Shown here: piece after piece, positions 8,942 through 17,717 of the stretch
Position numbering within the stretch: the first letter of the stretch is position 1
Layout: each line of letters opens with the position of its first letter
Source: an uncultured Thermoplasmatales archaeon
Lineage (GTDB): Archaea > Thermoplasmatota > E2 > UBA202 > DSCA01
NCBI GenBank assembly: GCA_964514975.1
Contig: CAZESS010000002.1
Coordinates: 1-64,000 of the forward strand
Direction: 5' to 3'
DNA: 64,000 nt
The notes under the pieces: generated by a model
Told to the model about the DNA's origin: nothing
The model's database searches: none
The model's input: the letters and a program-made list of their open reading frames with translations, nothing else
Translations under genes and position numbers: made by a program

Positions 8942-10991
8942 AGATCATCCCCTGCCGGCTCATCTTCGCCAGCATGTCCTTCACCGTTTTCTCGGGCATG
9001 CCCTCTTCCTCGGCCCGCCCGATGATGTCGTCCATGGTGGCGTAGCCGTCGCGGCCGGCGATGTCGCGGATGATGCCGTTCAGGGTGCGCATCCGGTCCT
9101 GCTGGCTGTGCGACACGCCCGTCTGGATGATGTCGATGTCGAGCTCGCCGGTTTCCTGGTCCATGCTCACCTTTTCCAGGTAATGGTCGACGATGTCGAT
9201 GGCGCGCTCCGCGTCCTCGACGGTCACCGTGTCGGACAGCCTGATGCGCGCGGACGCCTCGGCGATACGGACGAATGCCTCGAGCTGCCGGGGGGTGAAC
9301 GGCACCGATTCACGGGAGCGAGCGCGGATGTCCACGTAATAGTTTTTGAGGTTCTCCATCGCCTCGTCGGTCAGCACCGGGAACACGGTGCGCTTCGCAT
9401 ATGCGATGTATTTGCGGAGGAGCACCGGGTCGACCACCGGCTCTATTTCTTGGTCGGTTATCTCCACGGTTTCCCCGCGCTGATGCTGCTGTTCCATACG
9501 CTCCCCCGCCAAGTGGACCTTGAGGATGTAGCTCGCCAGTTCCGTATCCCGCCCCCGCTCGGGGACGTCGGTGATGGGGAAGATGAGGTCGAAGCGGGAG
9601 AGCAGCGCCGGCGGCATGTTGATCTGCTCGGAGATGGAGGCATACTGGTCGAAGCGGCCGAACTTGGGGTTGGCGGCGCCGAGCAGCGAGCACCGTGACT
9701 TCAGCGTGGCGTTGATGCCGGCCTTGGCAACCGATATCTCCTGCTGCTCCATGGCCTGGTGCATCGCCGCGCGGTCCTTTCCCTCCATCTTGTCGAGCTC
9801 GTCGACGCAGGCGATGCCCATGTCCGCCAGCACCAGTGTGCCGGCCTCGAGCGTCCATCGCCCCTCGCCGAACTCGTCGCTTCGCACGGCCGATGCCGTG
9901 AGACCGGCGGCGCTGCTCGACTTGCCGGAGGTGTAGACGGAGCGCGGCGCAAGCAGCGATATGTAGCGGAGGAGCTGGCTTTTCGCGGTGCCGGGGTCGC
10001 CGACGAGCAGGATGTGCATGTCGCCGCGGATGCGGGTGCCGTCGGGCATCTGCTTGGCGACGCCGCCGAACAGCTGGAGCGCCAGCGCGTCTTTTTCGAT
10101 TTCGAGGCCGTAGATGGTGGGCGCGATTGACTCGCGTATCTTGTTGTAGATGAGCGGGTCGGTGCTCATGTCGAGTATCTGCTGTTCCTCTTCGTCGCTG
10201 ATTTTGACCTCCTCAAACGCCTGTTCTTTTTGCTCGATGGCGTTGGCGTCCATGACCTTGTTGAACTCGGTAAGTTTCATCCGGCCGCGGCGGCGCTGCT
10301 GTCCGTGCAGGATGCCGTTGACGGTGATGCGGTCGCCGGGGACGATGTCGCCGACGATGTCGTCCTCGAGGTAGATGTTGAGCCGCAGTGGCTGGGCGCC
10401 GCCGCGCAGGTTTTCCGGGTTTTCCTGCACCTCCAGTTTTTGTGAGTCGATGAACGTGGATTCCTCGGTGAGCAGGCGGAAGGATGACTTCCGTCCGCAG
10501 CCGCCCTGGCTCTCGGGGCATTCCATGGGCTCACTGAGGATGTTCCCACTCTGCTGTATCTTGATGATGGCACCGCATTTCAGGCATTCAAAGGCCGCCA
10601 CCTGCAGTTTCGGGCGGACCTCTGTCACCTTTTTCACCAGGCCGTCGGCGCCGATGAACATGCCGAGGTGCTCGGAGCGGAGATGTCGGATGCCGATGTT
10701 CTGGATGTCGGGCAGGTTCCGGACGCGGAGGTGGAGCTGTATCGGCCGGTCGACGGGCATGTCCATCTTCTGCAGCGCCTCCTCGGCGTTTTTCAGCGCC
10801 TGATGAGGATGCTCGATGAGAAACTCGGCCATCTCGGGGTCATGGGTGTCGATTGTCCAGTAGTCGAGCAGCACGCTTTTTTCCTCGGGATAGCGCAGCG
10901 CGACTTCCTCAATGTCCTCCTTGCAGTAATCATAAAAAAAGCGTTCCCATTTTTCCCGGAGTGACTCCTGGCTCACCTCGCTCAGCGGCAT
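8901..10991 (-). CDS. mcm: Replicative helicase MCM
   Basis: Zn finger, GDPGTAKSQ Walker A, DELDKM Walker B, ALLSRFD Arg finger, C-terminal wHTH; no intein. Confidence 0.98.
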   Translation of the reverse strand: MPLSEVSQESLREKWERFFYDYCKEDIEEVALRYPEEKSVLLDYWTIDTHDPEMAEFLIEHPHQALKNAEEALQKMDMPVDRPIQLHLRVRNLPDIQNIGIRHLRSEHLGMFIGADGLVKKVTEVRPKLQVAAFECLKCGAIIKIQQSGNILSEPMECPESQGGCGRKSSFRLLTEESTFIDSQKLEVQENPENLRGGAQPLRLNIYLEDDIVGDIVPGDRITVNGILHGQQRRRGRMKLTEFNKVMDANAIEQKEQAFEEVKISDEEEQQILDMSTDPLIYNKIRESIAPTIYGLEIEKDALALQLFGGVAKQMPDGTRIRGDMHILLVGDPGTAKSQLLRYISLLAPRSVYTSGKSSSAAGLTASAVRSDEFGEGRWTLEAGTLVLADMGIACVDELDKMEGKDRAAMHQAMEQQEISVAKAGINATLKSRCSLLGAANPKFGRFDQYASISEQINMPPALLSRFDLIFPITDVPERGRDTELASYILKVHLAGERMEQQHQRGETVEITDQEIEPVVDPVLLRKYIAYAKRTVFPVLTDEAMENLKNYYVDIRARSRESVPFTPRQLEAFVRIAEASARIRLSDTVTVEDAERAIDIVDHYLEKVSMDQETGELDIDIIQTGVSHSQQDRMRTLNGIIRDIAGRDGYATMDDIIGRAEEEGMPEKTVKDMLAKMSRQGMIYEPRQGKYRLTNE

Positions 10992-11117
10992 ACAAAACCT
11001 AATGCCGGGTGGGTAATAAAACTTTGCCGGAGCGGGGGGCTGCCCGGCTTTTAAGGGTTGCCATCGATGCCGCTGTAACACCAACACGTTTAAAAGGGAG
11101 GGGCTATTTGGCGTAGC

Positions 11118-11510
11118 ATGTCAATGAATATAGATGACCTGCCGCCACAGGTGCAGAACCAGCTCCAGCAGTTCCAGCAGTTCCAGCAGCAGCTCCAGAT
11201 CGTCGCGCAGCAGCGCCAGCAGATAGAGCGCCAGCTCCAGGACACTGACAGGGCCCTCAAGGAACTCGAAAAAACCGAGAAGGACACCCCCGTCTTCAAG
11301 AACGTGGGCTCGATCCTCATCAAAAAGGACGGCAACGCGGTCAAAAAGGAGCTCGAGGACAAAAAAGAACGCCTCGAGGTCCGGCAGAAGACGATGGAAA
11401 AGCAGGAGAACAGCCTGAAGGAAAAGGTCCAGGAGCTCCAGTCGTCACTCCAGCAGGCGCTCGGCGGCGGAGCCGGCGCCGGTGCCGGCGGTGGCCCGCA
11501 GGCCGGCTAA
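11118..11510 (+). CDS. pfdB: Prefoldin beta subunit
   Basis: LPPQVQNQL, VFKNVGSILIK hairpin between coiled coils. Confidence 0.95.
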   Translation: MSMNIDDLPPQVQNQLQQFQQFQQQLQIVAQQRQQIERQLQDTDRALKELEKTEKDTPVFKNVGSILIKKDGNAVKKELEDKKERLEVRQKTMEKQENSLKEKVQELQSSLQQALGGGAGAGAGGGPQAG

Positions 11511-11516
11511 CTCTTT

Positions 11517-12365
11517 TTACCGGAACACCATGGCCGCGTAGCCGACACAGGAGCTCGCGGGATGCACCTCGTAGGAGGTACCATAGGCAAGCAGCTCCGA
11601 CGAGGAGGCACCGTTTTCCAGCGCCGCGTGCATCACCGTGGCCACGGCGCCATAGCCGCACATCGAAATCTTTTCACGCTTGATTGTATCAATGAAGCCC
11701 TCTGGCTCCATCGTCTGGATAGCCTCGATGGCCTTCGTATCCTGCTGCCGCGCCCATTCCTGCACCTCCATTTCCCGGGGTGGATGCTGGCCGTAGCCCA
11801 TGCCGGCATGTGAAAAATCGGTGCTCGCAACGGGTACTGCATCCAGCCCTGCGATTGCCGCACCGAGCGTTTCCGCCGTGGCATGGTCCTGCCTGGCGAG
11901 ACAGACGGGGAGAAACGTAATGTCGTCGTGCAGATACTGGAGGAAGGGCAACTGCACCTCTATCGAATGCTCGTGCATGTGCGCTACCCGGCCCTCGTCC
12001 GCCACGTCGGCGAGCGCCTCACCCATCGCCCTGTCAAGCGGCACCTCTCCGAGCGGGGTGTCCCATGCACCCTGCGACATCATGGCCACCGGGGCGCCGT
12101 AGCCGGTATGGTTTGGCCCGAGGATGACGTAGCTGTCCGGCATGCCATCTCTGGCAAGGGCGGCATAGGCATGGGCGGCTATCGGCCCGGAAAACGGGTA
12201 GCCGGCGTGCGGCACGACGATGCCCTTGATGTCACCGCGGCCGTGCTGGACGTTGGGTATCCTGCCGGGCCCTCGCTCGTCTGTGAAACAGGTGGCTATC
12301 TGCTCATGCAACCTTTCGGCATCGCTCTCATAGAATCGTCCCGCTGCAGCTGGCTTCCGGTTCAT
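11517..12365 (-). CDS. MEMO1 family protein (AmmeMemoRadiSam protein B)
   Basis: PHAGY..SG, GPNHTG, EHSIEVQLPFLQ, STDFSH, SMCGYG, VGYA. Confidence 0.92.
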   Translation of the reverse strand: MNRKPAAAGRFYESDAERLHEQIATCFTDERGPGRIPNVQHGRGDIKGIVVPHAGYPFSGPIAAHAYAALARDGMPDSYVILGPNHTGYGAPVAMMSQGAWDTPLGEVPLDRAMGEALADVADEGRVAHMHEHSIEVQLPFLQYLHDDITFLPVCLARQDHATAETLGAAIAGLDAVPVASTDFSHAGMGYGQHPPREMEVQEWARQQDTKAIEAIQTMEPEGFIDTIKREKISMCGYGAVATVMHAALENGASSSELLAYGTSYEVHPASSCVGYAAMVFR

Positions 12366-12438
12366 GTTCCAATATCGCTGCTGCACCTGTTAAACTTTAT
12401 GGGTATGTTTTTAAAGAACGGCTCAATAGCGGTGGTAC

Positions 12439-13620
12439 ATGAAAGCCCATGTCCCGGCGCTCGTGCTGCTCCTCATGGTCGCCCTGCCGCTGTCCGTCGT
12501 TGCAGGTGGACAGACAGACGATGCCGCCACAGGAGACGGACTGGACGAGGCCGATGCTGAAGGCGACAACGACACCGCCATCTGCGTCATCTTTTTTTAT
12601 TCGCCGACCTGTCCCGACTGCCTGGAGGCAAAGGACCGCCTCGAGCAGCTGGAGACACGGTATCCGCTCGCCCTTACCGTGTACAACGAGAACGCTCATC
12701 CGGACCTGCTGTCCCGCTACTACGCCGGAGCGAACGTTTCCGGGCGGGAGCAGGGCTATTTCGCTGTGTTCGTCGGCGACCGCCATTACGGGCACCTCGA
12801 AAACTTCGACGAGCTGGAGGGATACATGCAGGCGCATGTCAACACGGGGCTGCCCTGCCCGGAGCCAGCGGAGAAAGGCGAGGCGGAGGAACGCGTCCGC
12901 GGGTTCACCGTGCTGACGGTTGTCGCCGGCGGCCTCGTGGACGGCGTCAACCCATGTGCGTTCGCCACCCTGGTATTTTTTATAGCATATATGGAGCGGA
13001 TGCGGCATCGACGGCGGGCGCTGCTCTCCATCGGTGTCGCATTTTCGGCCGCAGTTTTCATCGGCTACCTGCTCATCGGTCTCGGGCTCCTCGAGTTTTA
13101 CTACGGGATAGCACACCTGGACGAGATATCCCGGGCTGTCTACCTGTTCGCCGGGCTGTTCGCCCTGGCCGTCGCTTCGCTCAACCTGGTCGACGTAGCG
13201 CTCATCAGGAACAGCGAGCGGACGGTGCTCCAGCTCCCCCGGTTTTTGAAGCGACGGCGGGGTCGTCTCATCCGGGTGCTGACCGGGCGGCATGGCCTCG
13301 TGGCGCTCGCGGTGCTGGCCTTCGCCACCGGCCTGGGCATCTCGCTGCTCGAGTTCGTCTGCACCGGCCAGGTCCTGTTTCCCATCATGGCGGTCATCAA
13401 GCAGGCCTCGCCGCTCTGGATGACAGCTTTTGGCTACCTGCTGCTGTACACCGCAATGTTCATCGTCCCGTTGCTGGTCGTCCTGATGCTGTTCTACGCC
13501 GGCTACACCTCCGACCGGCTGGGTGAATGGCAGCGTCGGCATCAGGGCATGGTGAAGCTGCTCACCGCGCTGGTGCTCGGCGTCATCGGCGGATGGATGC
13601 TATATGTTACTCTTGGATAG
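12439..13620 (+). CDS. Thioredoxin-like domain fused to CcdA/DsbD-type membrane domain
   Basis: Signal peptide, FYSPTCPDC, DGVNPCAF and EFVCTGQ transmembrane Cys motifs. Confidence 0.85.
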   Translation: MKAHVPALVLLLMVALPLSVVAGGQTDDAATGDGLDEADAEGDNDTAICVIFFYSPTCPDCLEAKDRLEQLETRYPLALTVYNENAHPDLLSRYYAGANVSGREQGYFAVFVGDRHYGHLENFDELEGYMQAHVNTGLPCPEPAEKGEAEERVRGFTVLTVVAGGLVDGVNPCAFATLVFFIAYMERMRHRRRALLSIGVAFSAAVFIGYLLIGLGLLEFYYGIAHLDEISRAVYLFAGLFALAVASLNLVDVALIRNSERTVLQLPRFLKRRRGRLIRVLTGRHGLVALAVLAFATGLGISLLEFVCTGQVLFPIMAVIKQASPLWMTAFGYLLLYTAMFIVPLLVVLMLFYAGYTSDRLGEWQRRHQGMVKLLTALVLGVIGGWMLYVTLG

Positions 13621-14344
13621 CCGTCACCCGGCGCCCGCAGGTCAGAAAACCCGTGTGGAGCAATCCCTTGGTCACCGGGCGGGTGTAGCCGCCTCGGGAC
13701 TGCCATGTACGCTGCAGCGTTTCCAGCGTCACAATCTGGCCGTAGCCCTCCCGCTCCATTGTTTCTCTGACTGCGATTTGCTGCTCTATCTGCGGCGAGT
13801 AAACGGCGAGCCAGCCGCCCGGCGCAAGCCGCCGATGGACACGGGCGACCAGGTCCTCTGCTCCCTTGACGTCCAGGGTGACAAGGTCGAGGTCGTGCTC
13901 CTCGAAGGAGGCAATGTCCCCGTGCTTCGCCACGACGACATCATTCAGGCCGCAGCGCTGGATGTTCCGCTGCACGGTTGCATGGAAATCCTCCCGCCGT
14001 TCATAGGTGACGACGGTGCCATTGGGGGCGACCATGTGTCCGATGAAGAGCGCCAGGAAGCCGGAGCCCGAGCCGCCGTCGACGCAGCGCCAGCCTCGCC
14101 CCACGCCGGTGACAGCGGCAATCTGCACCCCGTCTTTCAGGGTGACGACCTGTGCTGCACGCCGGCATGTCTGCAGCAGGTCGGTGAACGTCGGCCGTGC
14201 CACCAGAAACGTGACGTCGCCGGCCCGGATGACATCGCCATATGATGCGTCGCTGACGTCCACGGAGCCGACATGCGTGTTGATGGTGCCGCGTTCCCCG
14301 ACAAAGCGATGTGTATCACTCAAAAGCATGACGTATTCCGACAT
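13607..14344 (-). CDS. trmI: tRNA (adenine-N1)-methyltransferase TrmI
   Basis: AQVV..KD, GGSGSG, TYERREDF, TRP....HTGFL. Confidence 0.88.
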   Translation of the reverse strand: MSEYVMLLSDTHRFVGERGTINTHVGSVDVSDASYGDVIRAGDVTFLVARPTFTDLLQTCRRAAQVVTLKDGVQIAAVTGVGRGWRCVDGGSGSGFLALFIGHMVAPNGTVVTYERREDFHATVQRNIQRCGLNDVVVAKHGDIASFEEHDLDLVTLDVKGAEDLVARVHRRLAPGGWLAVYSPQIEQQIAVRETMEREGYGQIVTLETLQRTWQSRGGYTRPVTKGLLHTGFLTCGRRVTAIQE

Positions 14345-15197
14345 ATCTCTGTACCTCCTTGACTGCGCGGTGTTGTTCCGCCTCGCTCAGCGGGCGGGGA
14401 TAGTTGTACAGCGGGCCGCGCACCCGCTCGGTGTAAAATGGACGGTTGCAGCCGAGGCATCCCGATGTCCGGGCTGCCATGGCCATGTCCCGGGGCGACA
14501 CATCGACTATCCCGCCGTCATATCTCCCCTGCACTATCAGATAGCGGGCGAGCTGCAGGTAGCGGTAGCGCTCCACCGACGGATGTTGTCCCCCGCTGAC
14601 GGGGTGATGGGCAAACAGCGCTATCCCGATGTCACGGCGTGCGAGCCACTGCATCATCTCGATGGCGTCGCTGTCGGTTTCGCCGAGCCCGACGATGAGA
14701 TGCGCGGTCGCCGCTCCGAAAACGTCGCGGGCGTCCTGCAATCCCTGCAGATACCGCTGCCATGATGGCACCCCATCTTTCAGATGGTTGAACAGGTCCG
14801 GGGTGCAGCAGTCCAGGCCGATACCAGCCCGGTCGACGCCGGCCCGTCGGAGCCGTATCAGCTCCGCTCGTCCGACGGGGTTCATGGACACGGAGACGGG
14901 CAGCGTGCTGTCAAGCCGCTCGATGACAGCCACGACGTCATCAAGAACGGATGGATACAAACGGGTTTGCAGGCAGATGCGCTCGGCGCCGGCGGGCAGC
15001 CCGGCCGCGATGTCATCCAGCGGAAACCGTGGCCAGCGGACGCGTGAAAGCGACGCGCCGCCCTGCGTGCAGTAGCTGCACTGCCCCTGGCAGCGCTCTC
15101 CGAGCATGAAATAGAGCGTGGACGGCTTGACCGCCAGCTCCCAGTCGGCGAGCCCGAGCAATGCGGCGGATGCCGCCGACACCCTAATCTCGTCCAT
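14316..15197 (-). CDS. Radical SAM protein (COG2516 / LipS2-like)
   Basis: CQGQCSYC, LSRVRWP, HLIVGLGET, C-terminal TSGCLGCNRPFY.ER...YNYP. Confidence 0.85.
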   Translation of the reverse strand: MDEIRVSAASAALLGLADWELAVKPSTLYFMLGERCQGQCSYCTQGGASLSRVRWPRFPLDDIAAGLPAGAERICLQTRLYPSVLDDVVAVIERLDSTLPVSVSMNPVGRAELIRLRRAGVDRAGIGLDCCTPDLFNHLKDGVPSWQRYLQGLQDARDVFGAATAHLIVGLGETDSDAIEMMQWLARRDIGIALFAHHPVSGGQHPSVERYRYLQLARYLIVQGRYDGGIVDVSPRDMAMAARTSGCLGCNRPFYTERVRGPLYNYPRPLSEAEQHRAVKEVQRYVGIRHAFE

Positions 15198-15819
15198 CGG
15201 TGCCTCCATCGCTGACCATGGGAACGAAGGCGCATCCACCGAGATCGCTTCGATGCATGGTTTCATTTTTTTCGATGAGCACGAGCCGGCACATCCGCCG
15301 TCCGACCGGCAGCAGCAGCCGTCCACCGCGGGCGAGCTGCCCGGTGAGCGCCTCCGGAATATGCGGGGCGGCGCAGGTGGCATATATCCGGTCATAGGGC
15401 GCATGCTCGGGTAGCCCCCGGGACCCGTCGCCGACGACCACGGATACGTTGTCGATACCGACCGCTGCGAGGTTTTCCCGGGCTTTGTCCGCCAGCTCTG
15501 GGATACGCTCGATGCTGTAGACATGTCCCTCGCGTGCGACATGGGCAACCACGGCGGCATGGTATCCCTCACCGGTGCCGACTTCGAGAATCCTGCCGTC
15601 GGGCTTCAACTGGAGCGCCTCGGTCATGATGGCGACCATGTGCGGCGCCGAGATGGTTTGCCCGTGGCCGAGCGAGAGCGGCATGTCGGCGTAGGCCCGC
15701 CGCTGCTGCTCCTCGGGGACGAACTGCTCGCGGGGGACGGCCCGCATCGCCTCGATGACCCTGTCGGACCGCAGATATCCGTTGCGCTGCAGCCGGTCGA
15801 TGAGCGTTTCCTTGTCCAC
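15184..15819 (-). CDS. pcm: Protein-L-isoaspartate O-methyltransferase
   Basis: VPREQFVP, GQTISAPHMV, LEVGTG.GY, APYDRI, CAFVPM. Confidence 0.95.
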   Translation of the reverse strand: MDKETLIDRLQRNGYLRSDRVIEAMRAVPREQFVPEEQQRRAYADMPLSLGHGQTISAPHMVAIMTEALQLKPDGRILEVGTGEGYHAAVVAHVAREGHVYSIERIPELADKARENLAAVGIDNVSVVVGDGSRGLPEHAPYDRIYATCAAPHIPEALTGQLARGGRLLLPVGRRMCRLVLIEKNETMHRSDLGGCAFVPMVSDGGTDGRD

Positions 15820-15910
15820 GACCGGGGAAGTTTTCCCGGATACTTAAACTTAACCGACACGTGTCAGTGCTGGCGTATCTCAGATAAAGATATCGTTTGA
15901 TGTCACCTGC

Positions 15911-16459
15911 CTATGGCATCGTTTCGATGAGATAGAGACATCCGATGATGGCGATGGCGACACAGCAGACCGCCACCCATGGGTTTACACCGAGCGCGTC
16001 CGGGATGGTTATGCTGCCATGGTCCATGACATGCAACCGTTTCCTGACCCATGGATACACCGATGCATAGGCGCCCGCACCGACAAGGATACCCAGCATG
16101 CCCGCCGCTGCATGAATCGACCCGGTGCCCACCGCACCCGCCATTGTCCCCGGGCAGTATCCGAGGAGCGCAAACCCTGCACCGAAAACGAGGCCGCCCG
16201 TCACTATCGCCCACGTGATACACGGCTTCGGGCTGAGATCTGCGATGCCACGGCTCACGAGAACGTATACGCCTATCATGCCGGTGAGAATGGCGCTCAG
16301 TATTATCTTGAGCACGGTAAAATCCCGCAGGAGGAGCTGGTTGACGATGACCTCGTATTCGGTGGCGCCTCCCTTTTGCAGCAGAAACCCGAATGCGAGG
16401 CCGATGGCGAGCGCCGTCAGCAGCCGCATGCGCCGGTTTTCCCTGACCATGTCCAGCAT
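15911..16459 (-). CDS. YeeE/YedE family sulfur-compound transporter subunit
   Basis: GLAFGFLL, GGLVFGAGFALLGYCPG motif. Confidence 0.9.
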   Translation of the reverse strand: MLDMVRENRRMRLLTALAIGLAFGFLLQKGGATEYEVIVNQLLLRDFTVLKIILSAILTGMIGVYVLVSRGIADLSPKPCITWAIVTGGLVFGAGFALLGYCPGTMAGAVGTGSIHAAAGMLGILVGAGAYASVYPWVRKRLHVMDHGSITIPDALGVNPWVAVCCVAIAIIGCLYLIETMP

Positions 16460-16984
16460 CTAGATGCCCCCCAGAAAAACATATAAAAACATGGCGGTGA
16501 CATACCCTCCTCCGAAGAAACAGATGAGGGCAAGCCAGCTGCCGACCGCGAGCTGCAGCGTTCCGCTGATACCGTGGCCGCTGGTGCAGCCGCCCGCCAT
16601 TCTCGCCCCGAAGCCGATGAAAAAACCGCCGAGGGCTGCCGCGGCAAGGCGCACCAGTATATCCGGGCCGAATGCTTTTTTCCACAGCGCGGGCACGACT
16701 TCAAGTTCGAATGTCCCTGACAGCATGGAGGAGACAAGGGCTCCGAGCATGACGCCCGCTATGAGCATGATTTCCCAGCCGAGGCGGGGAACATATTGTC
16801 GGTAGTATGCTTTCTGCTCCACCTGTCGGCCTCGAAACAGTTTCTCTACCATGCCGCTGACGCGGGCATATGCTGTCGAGCAGCCAATGGGCCTGTTTGA
16901 AAGAATGAAGCTGAGCCAGATAAGGATGCCTATACCGGCGCCGACAACGTAGGGAGACCATCTGGACAGGTAAAGCCAGTTCAT
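16460..16984 (-). CDS. YeeE/YedE family sulfur-compound transporter subunit
   Basis: WSPYVVGAGIG, IGCS, GFGARMAGGCTSGHG motif. Confidence 0.92.
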   Translation of the reverse strand: MNWLYLSRWSPYVVGAGIGILIWLSFILSNRPIGCSTAYARVSGMVEKLFRGRQVEQKAYYRQYVPRLGWEIMLIAGVMLGALVSSMLSGTFELEVVPALWKKAFGPDILVRLAAAALGGFFIGFGARMAGGCTSGHGISGTLQLAVGSWLALICFFGGGYVTAMFLYVFLGGI

Positions 16985-17094
16985 GTGCCGCTCGACAGGG
17001 GATTGAGGACAGGATAGTTAAATGTTTGCAGCATGCGGCATGACCGGCCGATACAAATATATAGAAACATTCGTTGGTCGTGCAGGTGTGAACG

Positions 17095-17682
17095 ATGAGC
17101 CTGATAATAGATGTGAAAACGAGGGAGGAATACTATATGAACCATATCAAGGGCGCCCTGAACATACCCGTCTGGGACCTGGAGTTTTATCTGGATTTCC
17201 TCGACGGCAAGGAGGTAAAGGTCTACTGTGGCCCCCGGGCGAAACGATCCCGGATGGCCGTTGACTTTCTCCAGGAAAAGGGCATCGATGCGGAGGAGAT
17301 ACCGGTGGTGGACCTGGACAGCTATACCTGGGCGGGAAGTCCGATGGTCACGGCGATAAACTATCTCTCGGTGAAGCCAGGACACGAGATGGAATTCGAG
17401 GAAAAAGTCGAAGACCTGTGTACGAAAACCATGGACAAGGAGGGGTTCATAGGGACAAAGGTCTTCAGGACCACCAATATATCATTTGGCGGCGGCATGA
17501 TACCGGGCGAATACGAGGAAATCGCCGTCAAGCCGACCGAATATGTCATGCTGACATACTGGAAGGACAGGCAATCCCACGAACGGTTCCACGACCTTGA
17601 GGAAATCATGCAGGGATTCAAAGAGATCATGCCACATATCTGTATCACCCCGCACGAGGTGTTCGCCGATATAATACATTAG
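17095..17682 (+). CDS. Rhodanese domain fused to ABM-fold / sulfur oxygenase reductase-like domain
   Basis: IIDVKT.EEY...HIKGALNIP and VYCGPRAKRS (rhodanese); TAIN..C..T...GFIG..TYWKD..SHERFH..PHE (dimeric alpha-beta barrel, SOR-like). Confidence 0.8.
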   Translation: MSLIIDVKTREEYYMNHIKGALNIPVWDLEFYLDFLDGKEVKVYCGPRAKRSRMAVDFLQEKGIDAEEIPVVDLDSYTWAGSPMVTAINYLSVKPGHEMEFEEKVEDLCTKTMDKEGFIGTKVFRTTNISFGGGMIPGEYEEIAVKPTEYVMLTYWKDRQSHERFHDLEEIMQGFKEIMPHICITPHEVFADIIH

Positions 17683-17717
17683 CCCACAGCAGACAACAAA
17701 AAACAGCCCGGGAGATG

